This document shows positions 57,753 to 64,000 of a stretch of DNA of 64,000 nt, piece after piece (the first letter of the stretch is position 1; each line of letters starts with the position of its first letter). Source of the DNA: Hyphomicrobium sp. (lineage in GTDB: Bacteria; Pseudomonadota; Alphaproteobacteria; Rhizobiales; Hyphomicrobiaceae); contig NZ_DAITQL010000013.1 in the NCBI RefSeq assembly GCF_036833075.1, positions 4,883 through 68,882 of the forward strand, given 5' to 3'. The translations under genes and the position numbers were made by a program. The notes beneath the pieces are model-generated. The model did no database searches. It was given only the letters and a program-made list of their open reading frames with translations, and had not been told where the DNA came from.

Positions 57753-58490
57753 ATGGTGATGCCGTCAGGGAAGGTCATCATCTCCGTGAAGCTGAAATCG
57801 AAGAGTCTCGTTCGCATTCTGGCGTTGGCCACGCTGCCGCTTACGACGCCTGTCGCCTGGGGGCAAAGCGCGCCTGATCATGCCCTCTCCACGGGCCAGA
57901 CCGATATCGCCAAAGCCTCAGGGAAGCGGAGCGATCGGCTCGTTGTAGTCGAAGCCAGTCACCCTCCTCCCCCCGGCGCTTTTTCTCCCGGCCCTCACGC
58001 AGGCAACAGACTGCCACCGCCCCCTCTCGAAGGAAGGCCGGGGGCTGGGCGGTCAGCCCTTGCACGTGACCTGGCTGCGCTGGAAACGGAAATCGGCATC
58101 CGGTCTCATCAGGTCGATGCGTGGCGCGATTTTACCGATGCGCTGCTCGCGGTGACCGCGCCTCCTCAGCCTCCGGCGCCACCGACGTCCGACGCAGGCC
58201 GGCCCGCGCTACCCAAGCCTGAGCCGTTCCGTCCCACCCTCATGCTCGCCAACGATGCTGCGGAGCGCGGGCGCAACGCGGAGAAACTGATCGCCGCCAT
58301 CGGCGCCTTGCGCAGCGTCCTCACTCCAGCCCAACTCGAGAAGGTGGTCGCACTCGAGGTTCGGCTTGCGCCGCCGCCCGGCGGCCCACGTCCGCCGTTC
58401 GGCCATAGTCCCGGTCAGCCAGGTCCTCATCCGGAGCGAGGACCTGGCCCGGATCAGCCCGGCAGTGTCCCCACATCCCCGCCGCGCTGA
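57753..58490 (+). CDS. Pro-rich periplasmic Spy/CpxP-like (LTxxQ) protein
   Basis: Signal peptide; GIRSHQVDAW; VLTPAQ; divergent from the two-component system; start uncertain. Confidence 0.65.
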   Translation: MVMPSGKVIISVKLKSKSLVRILALATLPLTTPVAWGQSAPDHALSTGQTDIAKASGKRSDRLVVVEASHPPPPGAFSPGPHAGNRLPPPPLEGRPGAGRSALARDLAALETEIGIRSHQVDAWRDFTDALLAVTAPPQPPAPPTSDAGRPALPKPEPFRPTLMLANDAAERGRNAEKLIAAIGALRSVLTPAQLEKVVALEVRLAPPPGGPRPPFGHSPGQPGPHPERGPGPDQPGSVPTSPPR

Positions 58491-58684
58491 TCCACAGGGG
58501 CGGCATCTTTTCCCGGGTGCCGCCCCATCATCCTCTTTTTGAGGAACACCCGATGACAGACCGCGTTGTCCGCTCGCTCCAGCGGACCAGCCGTCCCGCA
58601 CCGACCCTCGGCCGCCTCCGATCCACTCGGGTCCGCGGGGCAAACATGACCGCTGAAGCGCTGTTCGGCTCTCGCAGCTAAAGA

Positions 58685-59311
58685 CTAGGCTGTCGTGCGA
58701 AGAAACTCTTGGCGCGTCCGCATGTCGTCGCGAAAGCTGCCCAGCATCATGCTCGTCACGAGGTCGGTTCCAGGTTTGCCGACGCCTCGCGTCGTCATGC
58801 AGTGATGCGTCGCTCTTATGACGACGCCGACCCCCTTGGGACGCAGCGCCTCATCGATCGCGCCGGCAATTTGGGCCGTCATCCGCTCCTGGAGCTGTAA
58901 CCGCTTGGCGTAGATCTCGACTACGCGCGCCAACTTGCTGATGCCGACCACGCGGCCGTCAGGGATGTAGCCCACCCAGGCACGGCCGATGATCGGCGCC
59001 ATGTGATGCTCGCAATGGCTGGCAAAGTCGATGCCGCGCAGGACGATCATTTCATCATAGCCCGCGATTTCATCGAACGTCTTGCGCAGGATCAGACCCG
59101 GGTCGATAGCATACCCGGCGAAATGCTGCGCGAACGCCCGCGCGACGCGGGCAGGCGTTTCGACAAGCCCACTGCGCTCGGGGTCGTCGCCCGCCCAGCG
59201 GATGAGGGTGCGGATCGCCGCTTCCGCTTCGCCCCGGGTCGGCGCTGCCGACGACCTCACGTCGGAACGATCGCGCTCCTGCGACGGCCCAGGCGGGGAT
59301 CTAGTCAACAT
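58685..59311 (-). CDS. folE: GTP cyclohydrolase I
   Basis: [37 protein letters not shown]. Confidence 0.95.
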   Translation of the reverse strand: MLTRSPPGPSQERDRSDVRSSAAPTRGEAEAAIRTLIRWAGDDPERSGLVETPARVARAFAQHFAGYAIDPGLILRKTFDEIAGYDEMIVLRGIDFASHCEHHMAPIIGRAWVGYIPDGRVVGISKLARVVEIYAKRLQLQERMTAQIAGAIDEALRPKGVGVVIRATHHCMTTRGVGKPGTDLVTSMMLGSFRDDMRTRQEFLRTTA

Positions 59312-59627
59312 TGACGGTTCCCCTCATATTTGGATGAATGCGGCAGAAGTACCGAACGGCGCCCGATCGCTTCATCTCCAGGCGCGCAGACTTGCCGGCG
59401 GGGATGGTGAGGTCGAAACTTTCGTCCTCGGCCGTCGCGGTGTGGTCGAGAAAATCCTCGTTGATCCACTCGATGGTGTCGCCGACCTTGGCCTCGACCG
59501 CCTCGGGGGAGAAGGCAAGATCGGTGATTTTCACGACGATGCCCTGGCCGGCCGCCAGCCCGGCCAGGGCGGAGCAAAGCACACCTGCGGCCAGCGCAGG
59601 GCCGAAGATCGGAGCACGCATCGTCAT
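59301..59627 (-). CDS. Periplasmic cupredoxin (amicyanin/plastocyanin-like)
   Basis: Type-1 Cu ligands HTAT...YFCRIHPNM. Confidence 0.9.
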   Translation of the reverse strand: MTMRAPIFGPALAAGVLCSALAGLAAGQGIVVKITDLAFSPEAVEAKVGDTIEWINEDFLDHTATAEDESFDLTIPAGKSARLEMKRSGAVRYFCRIHPNMRGTVNVD

Positions 59628-59633
59628 CTCCGG

Positions 59634-60155
59634 CTATTGCGTCTTGGCCGCAAGATGCTCGGCGTGCTGCTGGTGGCCCTGGAAGATCTTGAGGCCGGTC
59701 TCAAGCAGCGCCTTCAGCTCGGCATTGCTGGCGGATGGGATGAGGGTGTCCTTGAGGGCCGTATTCACCGTCTTGTGATAGGCAACCTCGTTCTCGATGT
59801 AGGCTTTGTCGAACGCGGCGCCCGACAGCTTGGCGAGCTCGGCGTGCTTCGCGTCGGCCTGATCGAGGAGGGCTTTGCTGGTATCGTTGTCCTCAGGCGT
59901 CACGTCGAGCTTCTTGACCAGTGCCAGGGCCTTCTCGTTCACCGCCTTGTGGTCGCGCAGCATGTCGTTGGCGAAAGCGCGGACGTGCTCCGTCTTCGAT
60001 TTCTCAAGCGCCTGCTGGGCGGCTTTGATATCGATCTCGCCCGCCGTGTAGGCGATATGCGCGATTTGCGCATTGCTCGGCTTGTCTGCGGCAAGCGCGA
60101 TCCCGGCCGAGAGCAGGAATCCCGCAATGAGCGCCGTGGCTGATAAGGTCCACAT
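59634..60155 (-). CDS. DUF4142 ferritin-like exported protein
   Basis: EIDIKAAQQAL, FANDMLRDH, FDKAYIENEVAYH, HQQHAE. Confidence 0.88.
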   Translation of the reverse strand: MWTLSATALIAGFLLSAGIALAADKPSNAQIAHIAYTAGEIDIKAAQQALEKSKTEHVRAFANDMLRDHKAVNEKALALVKKLDVTPEDNDTSKALLDQADAKHAELAKLSGAAFDKAYIENEVAYHKTVNTALKDTLIPSASNAELKALLETGLKIFQGHQQHAEHLAAKTQ

Positions 60156-60208
60156 ATCAATCTCCGTGCTGGGGGCACCGAAGGGTGTCCGTGCTGAAGT
60201 CACGAAGA

Positions 60209-60237
60209 TTGGATGCAGCCTATGCTGAAAGGTTCCC
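60209..60237 (-). promoter_or_regulatory. ECF sigma promoter, copy 2: GGGAACCT-13nt-GCATCCAA
   Basis: Same motif and spacing as 60956-60984; upstream of the DUF4142 gene. Confidence 0.8.
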
Positions 60238-60924
60238 GCCTTGCAGCCCAAGGCGCGCCAGGACGGTGTCGGCGATCCGTTGGCAGCGCACGCCGTCGAA
60301 CGGAAAGACGTGCGGGAACTGCGATCCCAAATGCTCCTCGAGTACAGCCCGCAGCATCTGCCGCGCGCGATGCAGGCGCGTTTTCACGGTCTCCGCCTTC
60401 AGCCCGAAGGCGTCGGCCGTCTCTTCCGTGCTCATGCCCTCGATCGTTCTTGCGACCAGGACCGTCCTGAATTCCTGCGGCAGCGCGTCGATGGCCTGCT
60501 CCACAAGCACACAGATCTCGCGTTGAGCCATGGTGATCTCCGGATCGGGCAAGGGCGCATGGAGGGGGAACGGGATGACCTCCGCGAGCGCCTGCAAATC
60601 GCCTGGAGCCTTGGCCTCAAGTTGATGGGTCTTGTGGTGACGCAGGCGCTGCAGCGCCTCGTTGACCACGATCCGCGTCAGCCACGTTGCCAGACTGGCT
60701 TCGCCTCGATAGCCATTGAGCGCAGAGAATGCACGCACATAGGCGTCCTGCAGGACATCCTCAGCCTCCGCGTCGTTCCCGACCACGCTACGCGCCACCC
60801 GGTACAGCCTGCGATTGTACCTCTGGATCAGAGCCCGAACCGCAGCCTCATTCCTGTCCAAGGCACCGGCGATGAGTTCGGCGTCTGCCCACCCATCGAC
60901 GGCCTCGATACGCAAATTCTCCAT
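60220..60924 (-). CDS. ECF sigma factor, ECF29-like
   Basis: AEDVLQDAY, TWLTRIVVNEAL, TVKTRLHRAR, C-terminal extension FPFDGVRCQR. Confidence 0.9.
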   Translation of the reverse strand: MENLRIEAVDGWADAELIAGALDRNEAAVRALIQRYNRRLYRVARSVVGNDAEAEDVLQDAYVRAFSALNGYRGEASLATWLTRIVVNEALQRLRHHKTHQLEAKAPGDLQALAEVIPFPLHAPLPDPEITMAQREICVLVEQAIDALPQEFRTVLVARTIEGMSTEETADAFGLKAETVKTRLHRARQMLRAVLEEHLGSQFPHVFPFDGVRCQRIADTVLARLGLQGGNLSA

Positions 60925-60955
60925 GAGCTGGCTCCAAGCAGCGCAACGTCACCGA

Positions 60956-60984
60956 TTCGATGCAGGCGGCGGAGAAAGGTTCCC
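60956..60984 (-). promoter_or_regulatory. ECF sigma promoter, copy 1 (autoregulatory): GGGAACCT-13nt-GCATCGAA
   Basis: About 30 nt upstream of the sigma ATG; duplicated at 60209-60237. Confidence 0.8.
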
Positions 60985-61666
60985 GCGTCCGACAACGCCC
61001 GGAAAACTCAGAATACCCGAAAGAAGACACCAAAGGTTGCGTGAGGATGCCTGCATCGCTTTTGTCGAGCCGGGCTACCGATGGAGTTGGTCGACATAGC
61101 CGTCGAGGGACACGTTCATTCCAAAGGCGATCTTCGCCAAGCTGTAAATCTCCACCCGGGATCTTCAGAATAGTGCGCCGACGCCGCCCGGAATTGAGGT
61201 TTGGGCACAACTGCGAGCCGCTTGGTCAGTATAACGAGGTCCGCTCCTGACCCGGAGCGGAAGTTGGGTCTGTTGCGCTGTCGCTGCAGAATGTTATCCG
61301 CATCCGATCATGCAGATGGTGGCTCTAGGAATCCAAGATCGCGGTCAGCATCACGGGCTCTCGTAGCGGCAAGCGGCAGCGAACTTGGTAGCCCACTCAA
61401 GCGCGGCGGCGTGTGATGACACGTCGATAATCACGAACCGCCGATGCGCGTTCTAGCGAACAAAACCAAAAGCACAATGCACACGGACTCCGCACGATCA
61501 GATTCATCGCGTGCACCGGGCTTCGCCGCAACGAAGCCGCAAATCTGCGCTGGAGCAAGGCAGACCGAGACGGGCGTTGCCTCGGACTTGGTGAGGCATA
61601 AACAGGATCTTCCACCCTGTGCAACGCAGTCCGCGCAACTTTCGCGCCGACATTGTGAGCTTGCGG

Positions 61667-62002
61667 TCAGCTTACTGTAATTGTTTCAACGGCCTCAATC
61701 TGCACACCATCATCAGCAACCCAGCGCATCTTTAGCTCGCCGCTCTTCTGGGCACGGAATTTGAACTCCAGATAGGGGTTCTGTGCAATGGCCGGATGCA
61801 AATGCCACGTCATCAATAGCTCTCCCGCGAGCGAGCATTCAAATGTCTCAACAATGTTTTGAGGGATGATCTCGCTATGCGCGTTCTTGCGCCGGCCCGT
61901 TTCCATCGGATGCATGACCATCGCCTTGACGGTGACGACCGAACCCTGTTGCGGCGTCCGGTTGCTGATCCAGATACGCGGTTTTGTTGATTTCGCGGTC
62001 AT
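61667..62002 (-). CDS. soxZ: Sulfur carrier complex subunit SoxZ
   Basis: HPMETGRRK, AIAQNPYLEF. Confidence 0.92.
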   Translation of the reverse strand: MTAKSTKPRIWISNRTPQQGSVVTVKAMVMHPMETGRRKNAHSEIIPQNIVETFECSLAGELLMTWHLHPAIAQNPYLEFKFRAQKSGELKMRWVADDGVQIEAVETITVS

Positions 62003-62016
62003 GATGCTTTCCCCGA

Positions 62017-62460
62017 TCAACCGTTGCAGCCGCCGATCGTTACGGTCACGGCCACCCGTTGGGCAAGGATTTCGCCGTCGCTCATGCGCGCCAGCGCAAT
62101 GACTGTTTGCGATTCAGCAAGGCGAATGCGGGTTGTCACATGGGCCATGCCCATCGCTGGGGAGAACTTGAAGCGGCACGCCTCCGGCATGGGATTCCGG
62201 TCCGCGATCAGCAGAAATTCCTCACAGCTTCGGCCTTTGGCAACCCCGTCCTCCAACCGAAGGGTCACGGGCACGGCGTTGGCGTTCTCCGCCGCCAGCG
62301 GAATGTCGAGCACCAGCCCGGCGTTCCTTGGTGTTCTCCCGCTTGCGAACTCTTTTGCGAGCGCATCGGTTTCGGCAGGCGCGCACGTTGGTGCAATGGC
62401 AAGGGCGGCAATGGTGATGCCGCCCAACTTGAGTGTGTCGCGTCGGCTCAGATGGTTCAT
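62017..62460 (-). CDS. soxY: Sulfur carrier SoxY with variant swinging arm GGCNG
   Basis: Tat signal SRRDTLK, AENANAVPV, NPMP, TRIRLAE, VTIGGCNG. Confidence 0.9.
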   Translation of the reverse strand: MNHLSRRDTLKLGGITIAALAIAPTCAPAETDALAKEFASGRTPRNAGLVLDIPLAAENANAVPVTLRLEDGVAKGRSCEEFLLIADRNPMPEACRFKFSPAMGMAHVTTRIRLAESQTVIALARMSDGEILAQRVAVTVTIGGCNG

Positions 62461-62513
62461 GTCAGCAATATCGTCTCACTGGTCCGGTCATATTGTGCTG
62501 ACGGCGTAGTCGG

Positions 62514-63845
62514 TCAGGAAAGAAAATCACCATACATGCGCTGCGCCCATTTGTGATCTTCTTCGACCAGATCGGCCGAGCGGATGTCGATGTCGATCTG
62601 GTTCTGGCTAATCGTTCCGTCGGGCATGATTTCATAGTCGAACTGAACCGAAATCGCCTCTTTCGGTTCGCCGCTGACCATCATGTAGCACAGGTTATCC
62701 GGCAGCAAGGTTTTGACCTCCTGCCCCTTGATCCGCTGGCCGATATAGGTGGCGACGATCTTGCCGACATAATTGGCGACATGCGCGCTCTTGGGGTAAT
62801 AGCCGAACTGCTTGGATACGGCTCCCATCACGTCGCCGACGAGATAGACATTTTGATCTTCCTTGGCGTGCAGCATGGTCGGATGGATCTCGGCCCATGT
62901 CGTCGGCTTGCCGTCGGCCGTCTTGCCGATCAGGTCGGCTCCCCAGACCATGTCGGCGGCCTGGTGCGACGGCATCAGGATGGCGTCGTCAAACTTTACC
63001 TCGGCCGCGGTGGTGACGATCTTTTTGTTGAAGGGATCGACCTCCTTCACCTTGGCATTCGGGATATGCTGGATGATATCCGGATACAGTTCCTCGAAAG
63101 CAGCCTTGAAACCGATACCGATCGGCATGATGCGCGGCTTCGGATCGAGAATGACGATCTTGGCCGGGATCCTGTTCTTCTTGAAATACCACGCCATCAC
63201 GCAAGCGCGCTCATAGGGCGAGGGCGGGCAGCGGTGCGGCGGCGGCGGCAATGTCATCACCATGGTGCCGCCCTTGAAATTATGAATTTTGTTCTTGATC
63301 GCGACATGCTCGGCGTTCGCCGTGTAGCCGGACGGATAGGCGCGGCGGGTAAACTCGATGGCTTTCTCGTCGTTGCCGAACCATGCATCGTAACCGTTGC
63401 GGATGCCGCCCGCGACGATCAGGAAATCGTAGTCGATCTGGCCATGAGATGTTCGCACGACCTTCTTGTCGCGCTCGATCCCGGTCACCTCGGTCTGCAC
63501 CAGTTCGTAGCCGTATTTGCGCGACGGGCCGATCATGTCGTGCAGCAGGTAATCGGTATTCAGTACATCGATCAGCCATTTGTTGCTCATCGGCAGCGAC
63601 CAGAAGATCGGATTGCGCTCCAACACCACGACTTCCGCATCCACGCCTTGCGTGTGCAGGTGCCGGGCCGCGGACAAGCCGCCCCAGCCGCCGCCGGCGA
63701 TCACAATCCTTGGCTTTTTTCCTTTCGGCTTCAGCATCGTCGTGCTGGTGATAGCGATGGGCGCGGCAAGCGCGGCTCCGCCGGCCGTAGATGCAGCGGC
63801 AGCCGATGCCGCCGTTGCCGCGAGAAACGAACGACGACTGAGCAT
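62514..63845 (-). CDS. Flavocytochrome c sulfide dehydrogenase flavoprotein (FccB/SoxF-like)
   Basis: Tat signal SRRSFL, GGGWGG, RCPPSPYERA, PKSAHVAN, NLCY. Confidence 0.88.
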   Translation of the reverse strand: MLSRRSFLAATAASAAAASTAGGAALAAPIAITSTTMLKPKGKKPRIVIAGGGWGGLSAARHLHTQGVDAEVVVLERNPIFWSLPMSNKWLIDVLNTDYLLHDMIGPSRKYGYELVQTEVTGIERDKKVVRTSHGQIDYDFLIVAGGIRNGYDAWFGNDEKAIEFTRRAYPSGYTANAEHVAIKNKIHNFKGGTMVMTLPPPPHRCPPSPYERACVMAWYFKKNRIPAKIVILDPKPRIMPIGIGFKAAFEELYPDIIQHIPNAKVKEVDPFNKKIVTTAAEVKFDDAILMPSHQAADMVWGADLIGKTADGKPTTWAEIHPTMLHAKEDQNVYLVGDVMGAVSKQFGYYPKSAHVANYVGKIVATYIGQRIKGQEVKTLLPDNLCYMMVSGEPKEAISVQFDYEIMPDGTISQNQIDIDIRSADLVEEDHKWAQRMYGDFLS

Positions 63846-63857
63846 GATCTTCCTCCT

Positions 63858-64000
63858 CTAAGGAATAGATGTTGTGATGTGGACCGTGGACTGCGATGGC
63901 GACCAGCGGCGCAGGGCGAGCGCGGCGCCACTCAGAATTCCGCCGCTGGCGAGTATTGACATGAATGCCAGCGTCGAGAGACCCGACAGGCCGTGTCCGA
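63858..64000 (-). CDS. 3' end of a YeeE/YedE (SoxT-like) sulfur-compound transporter
   Basis: Manual translation ...GHGLSGLSTLAFMSILASGGILSGAALALRRW...IP*, typical YeeE C-terminus. Confidence 0.7.
   Translation of the reverse strand, partial: GHGLSGLSTLAFMSILASGGILSGAALALRRWSPSQSTVHITTSIP

Noticed and set aside
60990..61660. IS remnant, tRNA or small gene in the 670-nt spacer between the ECF sigma and soxZ
   Set aside because: No cloverleaf, transposase motif or ORF with convincing RBS and codon bias could be identified by eye; a decayed pseudogene cannot be excluded.

Overview
High-GC alphaproteobacterial chromosome segment, very probably Hyphomicrobium or a close relative: the hydroxypyruvate reductase is near-identical, from memory, to H. 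methylovorum glycerate dehydrogenase. About 1-28 kb is mostly core or housekeeping: an FAD-linked oxidase, mutL, rsmD, rluB, tadA, patatin, hprA, an acidic TonB-dependent receptor divergent from a periplasmic protein-exbB-exbD-tonB operon, an MscK-like channel, a fluoroacetate dehalogenase-like hydrolase, a Zn-PLC/nuclease-DUF4332 fusion and an L,D-transpeptidase. Several short palindromic repeat families are scattered through this part, some nested inside each other. About 28-64 kb is a mosaic of accessory modules: (i) ferric reductase, and a NitT-like ABC transporter plus USP behind a candidate leader peptide; (ii) a heme locus pairing hmuTUV and an O2-dependent IsdG/HmuQ-type enzyme with an anaerobic radical-SAM ChuW/X/Y set and its own TonB and receptor; (iii) a persulfide-sensor-type ArsR with YgaP/DUF2892, divergent from an RND pump; (iv) an orphan DyP peroxidase; (v) MacAB-like ABC, a two-component system and a Spy-like protein; (vi) an ECF29-like sigma-DUF4142-cupredoxin-folE operon with two visible copies of its putative promoter; (vii) the distal part of a YeeE-fccB/soxF-soxY-soxZ cluster with non-canonical catalytic motifs. 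No rRNA, tRNA, CRISPR array, transposase or integrase was recognised. All calls come from reading motifs by eye, with no database search.
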